Below are positions 51,925 through 60,751 of a stretch of DNA of 64,000 nucleotides, piece by piece. The notes under the pieces were generated by a model. That model worked only from the letters and a program-made list of their open reading frames with translations, searched no databases and was not told the DNA's origin. Position 1 is the stretch's first letter. Each line of letters opens with the position of its first letter. The position numbers were made by a program, and so were the translations under genes. Origin of the DNA: a virus; IMG/VR virus record IMGVR_UViG_3300044946_000078, positions 11,625 to 75,624 of that record. The stretch is one strand, 5' to 3'.

Positions 51925-52102
51925 TATTAACTTTTTAAAAAATAAATAATAAAAAAAATAAACGTCGCCCCCCCCTCCGACACCCCCCAAAGGGGCTCAA
52001 ACATAGTGTCAGAGAGGGTTCCATCGATTTTTTCGAGGAAAAGCACCTTTTTCTCGGTTCCGTGAGAGGCCAATTTCAATCAGCTTCATCTTGTGGTGTA
52101 TT

Positions 52103-52441
52103 TTAAACTGGGAAATGCTTATCAAAAAAATCACAAACTTTATTTCCTACTTTATCAATATCAGTATACTTGATTCTAAGTAGTTTGATGCCTTTTTTTA
52201 AACAAAATGCAGTCTTTAAAAAATCACTTCTTTCGCAATCTATTTTCATTCCCTTCCATTTCCTGGTATAATGCTGTTTCCCATCAAATTCAATACAGAC
52301 ATTATATTTGGGAATATAAAAGTCATAGAAAAACAAAGCCGGACGACCCCTGATTGAAAATTCTTTGAAATAAAACTCGTAATAAAATCTTATACCATTT
52401 TCCTTCAAAAAATTAGCTACTTCTAGCTCACCTTTTGACAT
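52103..52441 (-). CDS. DUF559/Vsr-like PD-(D/E)xK endonuclease
   Basis: MSKGE.EV..FL, YDFYIP..NVCIEFDGKQHY, D..K..FC...GIKLLRI. Confidence 0.75.
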   Translation of the reverse strand: MSKGELEVANFLKENGIRFYYEFYFKEFSIRGRPALFFYDFYIPKYNVCIEFDGKQHYTRKWKGMKIDCERSDFLKTAFCLKKGIKLLRIKYTDIDKVGNKVCDFFDKHFPV

Positions 52442-52681
52442 GGTAGATCCTTTCCTAATTTCGATTAGGTCATATTGGAACATATAAAAATGGAAATGCC
52501 GCAGACCTGGACGATTCTGCGGCAGATGAAAATCCCTAAAAGATTCCCATTTCCCGTTTCTGCGTCCAGACAAAAACGGAAATTATTTAAACAAATGTGT
52601 GGAATATTTTATTCATAACCAAATATTTTTTGCTTGGGTTGATGAAATTAATATTCACTTTTCAAATAAAAAAATAAACTT

Positions 52682-53059
52682 TTAGAAAAGACTAGCTTGT
52701 CCAATAGACTTAATGGCTTTAGCGTATTCGTGGACTGGTTTTCCGGTCATTATTCGTTCGCGGATCTGCTCCTTGGCAGCATTGTCTTGCCCCTTTATCT
52801 TCCAAATGAAGGCATTTCGACCGCTTGGTGTAAGCGAAGTATGTCCCGGCTTAAAAATGAGGTCTAAAGAGGCTAATTCCGATAGGCGTTTGCGGACTTT
52901 ATCCTCTGGCTTCTTCAAAACGGCTGCTATTTGATGTGAATTTCCTCCATCTGGCATGTTTTTAAGAGCAAAGATGATTAGTTTCTGCATTTCTGTTATT
53001 TGAGCTTTAGAAAGGGAATTATACGCCTCTTTACTTGTTTCGGTTACTGTTCCTTTCAT
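52682..53059 (-). CDS. winged-helix DNA-binding protein
   Basis: NSHQIAAVL......VRKRLSEL...DLI...G....PSGR.A.IW. Confidence 0.6.
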   Translation of the reverse strand: MKGTVTETSKEAYNSLSKAQITEMQKLIIFALKNMPDGGNSHQIAAVLKKPEDKVRKRLSELASLDLIFKPGHTSLTPSGRNAFIWKIKGQDNAAKEQIRERIMTGKPVHEYAKAIKSIGQASLF

Positions 53060-53919
53060 GGTATTTTATTTTGTAGTATAAAATCTGAATCTTTCGTATG
53101 ATAAGCCATTTTGACACACGAACACACGTACAGGTCCACCCCCAATTACTCATACCCGGATCAGGATCTCGATCCCAAGTCTTGAAGACTTTAACGATAA
53201 GTCGCTTATTCCCCCATATGGATTTAGCAAGAGGATCATTGCTTGATTTAATCCATTGCCATTTTCTGAATGGTGGTCCAACATGATTAGAATAATTATC
53301 CTTTGATAGTTTTATTGTAAACGGCTCTCCTACTTTCATTGTCAAAATTTTGATTTATAATAATCTTCCCCACTAACTGTTACATTAGTCCCTTCTACCG
53401 GCAAATTATTTTTGTATATAACATGACCAACTCCTGAGTCATAGGCTGATTCTATTATTTGTTTTTCTTTTTCTAAAAGAGGTTTTAATAAGTCCCCACA
53501 TAGTTTTACTAATTTGGCGGAAGGTGTTGCGTGGAGACCCAGTTCAGCCATTTCTTTTGCTTTATTGTGCAATAGATTTATCCCTTCCTGTATCGGTGTC
53601 ATTGTTTTGGTATTTTAAAGAAGTAATAAACATCATGCTTATGATCATACGTAGACTGGATACTTTTTGTTTCGAGTAGTTCTTTGAGCCATTCATCGAT
53701 ATTCCACATTGAGGCCGGAGAATCATGACGAGCTTGATATCTGTTTTTAGGGTTTTTTGCAGCACGCAAATAATGACCCGCCACACAGTGCGTTTGACTT
53801 GGTTCAGTTTCGATCGCATTCATTAACCAGTCTATTAAGTTATAACCATATTGTTGGTCTATGTTTTCCTGTTCTGTTAAATAGTGTTGGGGTAGTAGCA
53901 TTATCTATGGTTTTAGTTA

Positions 53920-54366
53920 TTAGTCAATAAAAGATAGCCACCAGAGAAACACAAATATTCCTACGACAACGAAAGCAACCGATAATGGATCTTTCCAACT
54001 CCCTGGCATATCCACGTATGAGAAAATGTCGTATCCAACGCGGTCCCCTATGTTCATCCTATAGTAATCTTGATCAGTAGGTGTAATTTTAATTACACCA
54101 TATTGTCCGAAATCGATAACAAAGCAAGTATTTGTAGATACCCATTCCGCCCCATGCGCTCCTGTATGATGCTCATTTTGCATATACTTATCTACAATTG
54201 TGCCTCTGGCTATTAAGGTATGATTTCTATGGGCGAAGCAAATACAAAGCCATGTCGAAATAGCTACCCATATACCTAAGCAAATAAGAAATGACAGATA
54301 CTTGTTTTTACTTTCCCGGTAATCGCCTTTGTAATAATCAAGGCCATAATAGTTGTAGCCATTCAT
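53920..54366 (-). CDS. two-TM membrane protein
   Basis: N- and C-terminal hydrophobic helices flanking a beta-rich domain. Confidence 0.55.
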   Translation of the reverse strand: MNGYNYYGLDYYKGDYRESKNKYLSFLICLGIWVAISTWLCICFAHRNHTLIARGTIVDKYMQNEHHTGAHGAEWVSTNTCFVIDFGQYGVIKITPTDQDYYRMNIGDRVGYDIFSYVDMPGSWKDPLSVAFVVVGIFVFLWWLSFID

Positions 54367-55046
54367 GATTTATTCAAGTTAAATGAAGGATAGTTTATTT
54401 CAGCCCATCCAATTACTTCGGTGAATTGTCGTCCTTTTCTACAATGAAAGTTAAAAGTCTCTCGCCTAAAATTATATTTACCTGAAGTTATTTGATAGTC
54501 CTCTGGATCTTCATCATCAATATGTCTAAAACAGATAAGTATGTCTTTTGTGGCTATACTATTAGGACTAGCTTTATGAGGTGCATCTTCTGGCCTTTTC
54601 CATTCAATTGGCATATTATTTAAGTTTAAAGGTCTTAGCACATACTGGACAGTAAACGTTTTCTTTAGTGGCAACCCAACCTTCTGTCTCTAATTTATCC
54701 ACAACCTCGAAAGGTGAAAACATTTCAGCATTGTAAAATGCAGAGGTTCCTTCGCAATAAGTACATTCTATTTGGTGAAATGTTTCTATTTTAGATCTAA
54801 TAGGAACAAGTTCAACGGAGGCTTTCTTTTTCATGATTTAATCAAATTTAGGTTCCGGAGCATTTAATATAGCTGATCGTGTATCTTTGGCTGATTTTAA
54901 AAATTTATTGGCGCACAAATCTTTTTGTTCTTCGCATTTGATACGAGCATATTCTTTCATTGCCTCATATATCTTATCCTCCCACCACCACCAATCATCT
55001 TGATCCGACATTATTGGATATTCTTTTTCTATAAACTCTTCCGCTG

Positions 55047-55460
55047 TCATGGTTTTTGTTTTAGTGATTCAAAGTAAAATATTCCAGAAAAGGGTTTCTC
55101 TGGTGTTATTCCAAAGGCGGAAGCAACTTTATTCATGTAGACTATTCGGTTCTTTGATTTTTCAACTTTTGGATTCTTTGGCAATTTCCCAAGACGAAAA
55201 TGGAAACTTTGCATGTATGACCTAAAGTATTTAAGATCCGAGGCTCGCTTGTAATGATTTACTATTTTAAGGGCTGGGACAAGATTTGATATATCATTTG
55301 CCTTTTTGTAGAACAAAGGATTATCTTCATGTACATAATCGACAAACATATATTTTGGAACAATGTGATCTACTTGCCAATCATCATCTAATGGCAATCC
55401 GGTATAAGCACACCTGCCGTCGAATTTGTCAAATATTATTTGTCTTTGTTTTTTTGTCAT
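55047..55460 (-). CDS. HNH endonuclease family protein
   Basis: GRCAYTG, WQVDHIVP, SNLVPA....NHYK (most Zn-binding Cys lost). Confidence 0.75.
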   Translation of the reverse strand: MTKKQRQIIFDKFDGRCAYTGLPLDDDWQVDHIVPKYMFVDYVHEDNPLFYKKANDISNLVPALKIVNHYKRASDLKYFRSYMQSFHFRLGKLPKNPKVEKSKNRIVYMNKVASAFGITPEKPFSGIFYFESLKQKP

Positions 55461-56611
55461 TATTTAGTGATTCAAGGTATATACTGTATAGTTCTTCAGT
55501 CGTTTTACAGATTGGCTCCCGGTTAATATCTTCCCACATTTGGGCCTTACCATTAACGTAGTAAGATCCGTATCCATTTTCCTGAATCCATTCAGCGAAT
55601 CCTATACATTCAGAAGGTATTGTTTCATTGCATACATTATATCCGCTTCCAAATATTGATGCTCCCCATGAATCAGATGGGAATTGCTCCTGTGAAAGAT
55701 CTCTTATTTCTTGTTGATTAAGCATAATGGATAATATTTAGTTTCTGGCTCTTAGAGAGCTTAGTCTTTGAGGTCATTGGTTATATTTTTAGCGCAATCA
55801 GGACAATAAGTAGTTTCGTCTTTTACTCGCCAGCCACTATTATAAAACCTTTTTGCGGCGTCTTGTCCTCCTATATCATACTTAAAGTTATCTTTACCGC
55901 ACTTGCTACATTGTATATTGTGCGTTGTAGAAATAGATTCGTATATTTTTCGTATGTCTATTGTTTGTTGATGATCCATTAGAAAGTAGATTTAAAGTCT
56001 GTCCAGTGAGTTTAACGATTATACATTTTATAATTAAAATCCTTATTTGAAACCATTTCGACTTCCAAGGATCCTTCATTAAAATATTCTGCTAATACAG
56101 CTGCTAACTTATCTTCTAATTCCTGGTTTTTAACGCTTCGGTATATAGCATCTGTTTTTTTGAAATCATAATGAATATTAGCCGTAATATGGATATGTTG
56201 TATCCGTCTTTGCATATCACATCCACTTAGTAATAGATACATCTCAGATTATTTTATTGTTCAAATTCATCTGGTCCAAGCTCTTCTCCATCATAATCCG
56301 TTTCAGTATCATCCTGCCCGTGAAGCAGTATTTCAAATGGGACTCTGGCAACTCTTGTATCAATATGGCAGATGCAATCATGACCGTTAATTAAGTCCCC
56401 AAGATTTTCCAATATGGCAGCAAGTCCGTCTACTGTGTCAGACAGCACCTCGTCTTTCTCTTTTATACCTGCCGAGTGGATATTTTCAGGATCTGGGATA
56501 GTCTTTATTTGCTGGTTTACTCCATCTATAGATGCGGCCATATAGTTTATTTGACCTGTTGCAATAAGGATCTTTGAGAAGTTGTCTAGTTTCATTTTGG
56601 ATTATTTTATG

Positions 56612-56659
56612 TAAATGTAAAAGTTTTATTTGTTAGTATCAAAATAATATCTAAATTTG
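56612..56659. promoter_or_regulatory. overlapping divergent Bacteroidota-type promoters
   Basis: + strand TTTG (56629-32) - 19 nt - TAAATTTG (56652-59); - strand TTTG (56640-43) - 20 nt - TACATTTA (56612-19); located at the strand switch. Confidence 0.7.
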
Positions 56660-56664
56660 TTTTC

Positions 56665-56823
56665 ATGAAGGGAAAGAAAGAATATAAGGTTCTGGTCAGA
56701 TTAGACCCTAAATTAAAAAAGCCGCTTCAAGATAAGGCTACAGAAAATGACAGGTCGGTTAATTCTGAAATTAATGTAGCTCTTAAAAACCATGTCACTT
56801 CCGATAAAGACAAATTAAAATAA
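56665..56823 (+). CDS. Arc-like ribbon-helix-helix repressor (52 aa)
   Basis: VLVRLDPKLKKPLQDKATENDRSVNSEINVAL matches the Arc/Mnt pattern; not in the ORF track. Confidence 0.8.
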   Translation: MKGKKEYKVLVRLDPKLKKPLQDKATENDRSVNSEINVALKNHVTSDKDKLK

Positions 56824-56831
56824 ACACATAA

Positions 56832-57296
56832 ATGGAACAACCTATTTTAATACTCCCTAGTAATGCCTTAAAGGCTTACAACAATGCTAAAACACAAGAA
56901 GGAAAGGACTCTATTGCTCTTCTTTGTGGTGGATTGGATAAGATTCAATTAGACTGGAGTTCTGTGGTTGACTTGGAGTCTGCTTGCCGAATAACTGGTT
57001 CAGATCCTAAAGATCAAAGATTTCATATAGGAACTCCCAGTGCGCAGGCATTCGCCCAATTGGAAGAATGTATTAAGGCTATTAATGGAGTAGATTTTGT
57101 ATTTGATTATACAAATAAAAATCAACCAAAATGGTATATCGTCTGGGAATATTCGGGTTCGGGCTTCCGATTGATTTACGTCCACTACGGCTACAGCAAT
57201 TCGGGTGTCGGTTCGCGCCTTTCGTTTGAAACGCAAGAGAAAGCGAAGCACGCAGCAGAATATCTCATCAACTTATTCAATCAATTTTTAAAATAA
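56832..57296 (+). CDS. DGR target protein 1
   Basis: contains VR1 (SGSGFRLIYVHYGYSNSGVGSRL); paralogous to targets 2 and 3. Confidence 0.9.
   Translation: MEQPILILPSNALKAYNNAKTQEGKDSIALLCGGLDKIQLDWSSVVDLESACRITGSDPKDQRFHIGTPSAQAFAQLEECIKAINGVDFVFDYTNKNQPKWYIVWEYSGSGFRLIYVHYGYSNSGVGSRLSFETQEKAKHAAEYLINLFNQFLK
57152..57218 (+). repeat. DGR variable repeat VR1
   Basis: 67-nt ungapped match to TR 57702-57768; 10 mismatches, all at TR adenines. Confidence 0.95.
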
Positions 57297-57303
57297 CCAC
57301 AAA

Positions 57304-57675
57304 ATGCTATTTAAAACATTTGAGGCTTTATGTGAAAAAAGGGGGTATGATCCCGTAAAAATACTTCCCGATGTTTCTGGTATGTTGGAAAGGCTTAGGG
57401 CCCCTTTTATTGCGGAGGCCAAGTTGACAATGTTGATCGATGAAGTAAATGAAGGCAAAGAGGCGAATTGGGAGGATACTAACGAGCCAAAGTATATGTT
57501 GCTTTGGGATATGGAAGAAAGCGCTTCGGGTTCGGGCTTCCGCTTGGAGTACGTCGACGACGGCTACCGCATTTCGACTGTCAGTTCGCGCCTTACTTTT
57601 CGTAACACGAAAGGCGGCAAATTTTCCGCAAAACATCATTTCGATTTGTGGAAAATTTACATGAAAGGGAAATAG
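57304..57675 (+). CDS. DGR target protein 2
   Basis: contains VR2 (ASGSGFRLEYVDDGYRISTVSSRL). Confidence 0.9.
   Translation: MLFKTFEALCEKRGYDPVKILPDVSGMLERLRAPFIAEAKLTMLIDEVNEGKEANWEDTNEPKYMLLWDMEESASGSGFRLEYVDDGYRISTVSSRLTFRNTKGGKFSAKHHFDLWKIYMKGK
57521..57591 (+). repeat. DGR variable repeat VR2
   Basis: 71-nt ungapped match to TR 57698-57768; 11 mismatches at adenines plus one T>G. Confidence 0.95.
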
Positions 57676-57681
57676 ATCTTT

Positions 57682-57865
57682 AGGCTGTGTAATATTCGCG
57701 CTTCGGGTTCAGGCTTCCGATTGAATTACGTCAACAACAACTACAACAATTCGAATGTCAGTTCGCGCAATTTGTCCGTTTTATATTTAATATTACAAGC
57801 CTTGGCTCTTGCCAGAAAAATACATTCTCAAACGGAGCATTGGTAGCATTAGCGAAGATGGTCTA
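57682..57865 (+). ncRNA. putative DGR template RNA (TR plus structured flanks)
   Basis: 57682-57696 pairs with 57789-57802 around TR; TGGC-tctt-GCCA hairpin near 57803-57814; non-coding spacer before the RT ATG. Confidence 0.6.
57697..57768 (+). repeat. DGR template repeat (TR)
   Basis: intergenic, AAC/AAT-rich (reads RASGSGFRLNYVNNNYNNSNVSSR in VR frame), 19 adenines, directly upstream of the RT. Confidence 0.95.
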
Positions 57866-57878
57866 TATGGGCAAAAGC

Positions 57879-58946
57879 ATGAAAAGAATAGGTAAGTTAT
57901 ATGAAAAAATAATCAGCATTGACAATCTTACTTTGGCTGATCATAATGCCAGGACGGGTAAGGGTCGTCAATATGGTATAGTAAAACATGACCGGCATAG
58001 AGAAGAAAACATTCAACTACTTCATGAAATGCTTGTCAATAAGACATATCAAACATCAAAGTATACCACTTTCAAGGTTTATGAGCCAAAAGAAAGAACC
58101 GTATATCGATTGCCATACTTTCCGGATAGGATCATGCACCACGCTATTCTCAACTATCTAGAGCCTGTTTGGACCGCTTCTTTCGTCGCCGATACTTATT
58201 CCTGTATAAAAGGGCGCGGTATCCATAGCGCCGCCGAGAAGTTAAAGAGGGCGCTCAAAGACACTAATAATACAAAGTATTGCCTCAAATTGGATGTTCA
58301 AAAATTCTATCCGAGCATTGATAATGGCATTTTAAAGAAAATCATTCGCCGGAAGATAAAAGATAAGGACCTATTGTGGTTGTTAGATGAAATAATCGAC
58401 AGCGCCCAGGGATGCCCGATCGGGAATTATCTATCCCAATTTTTCGCAAATCTTTATCTATCTGGATTGGATCACTGGCTAAAGGAGGTCAAAAAGGTTA
58501 AATATTACTTTAGGTATTGTGACGATATGGTTATCCTCGGTGGCAATAAAGAAGAGCTTCACGCGTTATTTATTGAGATCAAGGAATATTTGGCAACGAA
58601 CCTAAAATTAATAGTCAAAAAGAATCATCAAGTCTTCCCGGTAGACGTACGAGGTATTGACTTCATTGGATTCGTATTTCGTAGTACACACGTTCGGTTA
58701 AGGAAAAGGATCAAACAAAACTTCGCTAGGGCTGTAAAGAAAAACAAGGAACAGTCAATAGCATCTTACATGGGTTGGGCTCTTTTTAGTGATAGCAAAA
58801 ATTTAGTCAATAAACTCTTACCCAACCATGAAAAGATTTTCAGAATTCAACATAAAGCCACAAGAAACAGAAGAAACGGGCTTTATTGGAGAAAAAATAA
58901 AGATCGAAAAGATATTGAACAGGGAAATAACGGTACTGGCTTATAA
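57879..58946 (+). CDS. DGR reverse transcriptase
   Basis: PKER...LPYFPDRIMHHA, LKLDVQKFYPSID, GCPIGNYLSQ, YFRYCDD (YxDD), GIDFIGF; no maturase or HNH domain; ATG 57879 preferred over TTG 57840. Confidence 0.95.
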   Translation: MKRIGKLYEKIISIDNLTLADHNARTGKGRQYGIVKHDRHREENIQLLHEMLVNKTYQTSKYTTFKVYEPKERTVYRLPYFPDRIMHHAILNYLEPVWTASFVADTYSCIKGRGIHSAAEKLKRALKDTNNTKYCLKLDVQKFYPSIDNGILKKIIRRKIKDKDLLWLLDEIIDSAQGCPIGNYLSQFFANLYLSGLDHWLKEVKKVKYYFRYCDDMVILGGNKEELHALFIEIKEYLATNLKLIVKKNHQVFPVDVRGIDFIGFVFRSTHVRLRKRIKQNFARAVKKNKEQSIASYMGWALFSDSKNLVNKLLPNHEKIFRIQHKATRNRRNGLYWRKNKDRKDIEQGNNGTGL

Positions 58947-59127
58947 ATTGGTTCCTTCTAAGTATAAGGACGAGTGTTTATATCTTAGCCTTCAGTTTAA
59001 TGATAAAAAGCATGTCCTGTTTACCGGATCTAAATTCCTTGCTGAAATGATTAAACGAGTTCCTGCCGATGGCTTCCCTTTTGTAACAATAATTCAGAAA
59101 GAAAACGAAAGATTCGAGTTTACATGA
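58828..59127 (+). CDS. 99-aa beta-rich protein overlapping the RT 3' end (candidate DGR accessory)
   Basis: ATG inside the RT gene, ATGA coupling to the next gene. Confidence 0.65.
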   Translation: MKRFSEFNIKPQETEETGFIGEKIKIEKILNREITVLAYKLVPSKYKDECLYLSLQFNDKKHVLFTGSKFLAEMIKRVPADGFPFVTIIQKENERFEFT

Positions 59128-59522
59128 GTACAGATCCTGAAATATTACGGCAACTACAAAAAGCTAGGGAGCCTAAGCCGCCCAAGGCTAAAAAGGCAAT
59201 AGCGAAGGTTTCCAAAAAGAAACAAGGCCAAATGATTCTTCAAAAGGTCTTGGCAGAATTAGATAAGGAGTTTTATTTAACCGTGTGGCATGCAAGCGCC
59301 CATGTATGTCAAAATTGTGGATGTGGGTTAGGGAATACTCCCAATAACATTTTCTTTCATCACCTTTGGGAAAAACGAAACTATCCACAATGGAGACATA
59401 GACCAGAAAATATAATGCTGTTATGTCTAACTTGTCATTCAAAGGCTGAAACTAATATTGACTTCGCTCCTGAAATAAAAAGGCGTAGAGAACAAGCTGA
59501 AACCGAACTTTTAAAACAATAA
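59124..59522 (+). CDS. HNH endonuclease family protein
   Basis: CQNC...FHHLWEK..YP..R...ENIMLLCLTCH. Confidence 0.7.
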   Translation: MSTDPEILRQLQKAREPKPPKAKKAIAKVSKKKQGQMILQKVLAELDKEFYLTVWHASAHVCQNCGCGLGNTPNNIFFHHLWEKRNYPQWRHRPENIMLLCLTCHSKAETNIDFAPEIKRRREQAETELLKQ

Positions 59523-59524
59523 TT

Positions 59525-59995
59525 ATGTCTCTTTTACTCGAAGAAAAAGATGCTTTACTGGCCCATAAAAATGGCACAAAATCTGATCAGGCTCTTTTGG
59601 AGCGGCTATATCCAGCTTTCTTTAATAGAAAGATTACGGATCGAATCCAGTGTCTTGATGATGTTTATTCCATTATGTCAGTCGATTTCGAGGGCCGTCT
59701 TAGGATATACAACCAAATTCCAGGTATAGACCACGTTATTGCTTTCGATCAAGCATGTCTTATCGTTCAGGCATACAATGAAGGATGGGTCCCAAATTGG
59801 GATGATAATAGCGAATATAAATGGTATGGCTATTGGGATCACCGCGCTTCGGGTTCGGGCTTCCGTTTGTCTTACGTCTCCGACATCTACGTCATTTCGA
59901 GTGTCGGTTCGCGCCTTGTCTTTAGAACGGAAGAACTAGCACGAGACGCGTACGAAAAATTTCCTCATATCTTTAAGTTGTTTATGACTTTTTAA
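59525..59995 (+). CDS. DGR target protein 3
   Basis: contains VR3 (RASGSGFRLSYVSDIYVISSVGSRL). Confidence 0.9.
   Translation: MSLLLEEKDALLAHKNGTKSDQALLERLYPAFFNRKITDRIQCLDDVYSIMSVDFEGRLRIYNQIPGIDHVIAFDQACLIVQAYNEGWVPNWDDNSEYKWYGYWDHRASGSGFRLSYVSDIYVISSVGSRLVFRTEELARDAYEKFPHIFKLFMTF
59843..59914 (+). repeat. DGR variable repeat VR3
   Basis: 72-nt ungapped match to TR; 13 mismatches, all at TR adenines. Confidence 0.95.
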
Positions 59996-60751
59996 TATGA
60001 ATCTCTCTAATTATAGATGGTATCGACGATGGTATGGAGGTTCATGGTATAAGGTTCGTTGGTGGAGTCGAACAAAAAATAAATGGGTCGTTGATTGGTA
60101 TATCTATTTTGATATGAACTGTCGTCCGTCAATATGTTTAAAAGAAGAACATTATTAAATAACTATATTCTTTATGCCATCTAAATTTGAACGAACTAAA
60201 TTGTGTGTATCTCCGTTAACAGGAACTGTTTATATAGCCGACATTTCTAAGAAGGACAAACATATGATGCTTGATACCCGAATAGAGGTTACTGAAAATG
60301 AATTTATGCACTGCATATTTGAATATTTGGAGGCAAAATATCCTGATACCATTTGCGAGGTAACAGTAAGGGGAAAGCCTGCAATGGAACTTAAACTTAT
60401 TAAGCAATGAAACAAGAAGATGTTTTTATGATCGTCTCGGTAAAAGATAAATTGCCTCCTAAGCATGCTATGTATAATTGTAGCACTGGGCGACGAGATT
60501 TGTTTGAAAAACTTGAATTTATCGATGACCATGATGAAGAACCGGGCTTTTATGATACTCACGGAAATAGAGTTGATGTATACTACTGGCTAGAAAAGAA
60601 GACCAACTTAATAACCTGCACTAAGGAAGACTTAGTAAAAGTCTTCTATGCTGGTCAAGATAAAGGACACGTAATGGAAAAAGGATTTGGTAATAGTACA
60701 ACACCAACATGCCAAGAGTATTTAGAATCTTTGGGAATAAAACTATAACTT

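Larger units (their letters stand above)
49547..56595 (-). other. block of about 20 small co-oriented - strand genes (replication/middle region)
   Basis: continuous, often overlapping ORFs of 70-210 aa starting from the divergent promoter near 56.6 kb. Confidence 0.75.
56832..59995 (+). mobile_element. diversity-generating retroelement with three target genes
   Basis: RT + TR + three VRs with adenine-specific divergence. Confidence 0.93.

Noticed and set aside
57148-57160. VR1 5' flank AATATTCG matching the TR 5' flank (possible 7-nt template jump)
   Set aside because: The match adds only 4 nt beyond the aligned repeat in AT-rich sequence and is in a different frame, so it cannot be distinguished from chance.
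57840-58946. RT as a group II intron, retron or Abi RT
   Set aside because: It has no maturase or endonuclease extension and interrupts no gene, and the adjacent TR/VR set with adenine-specific mismatches explains it as a DGR.
57152-59914. Four copies of a ~70-nt sequence as a CRISPR array or simple duplication
   Set aside because: Copies are irregularly spaced, three are in-frame coding, there are no cas genes, and the divergence is polarised to adenines of one copy.
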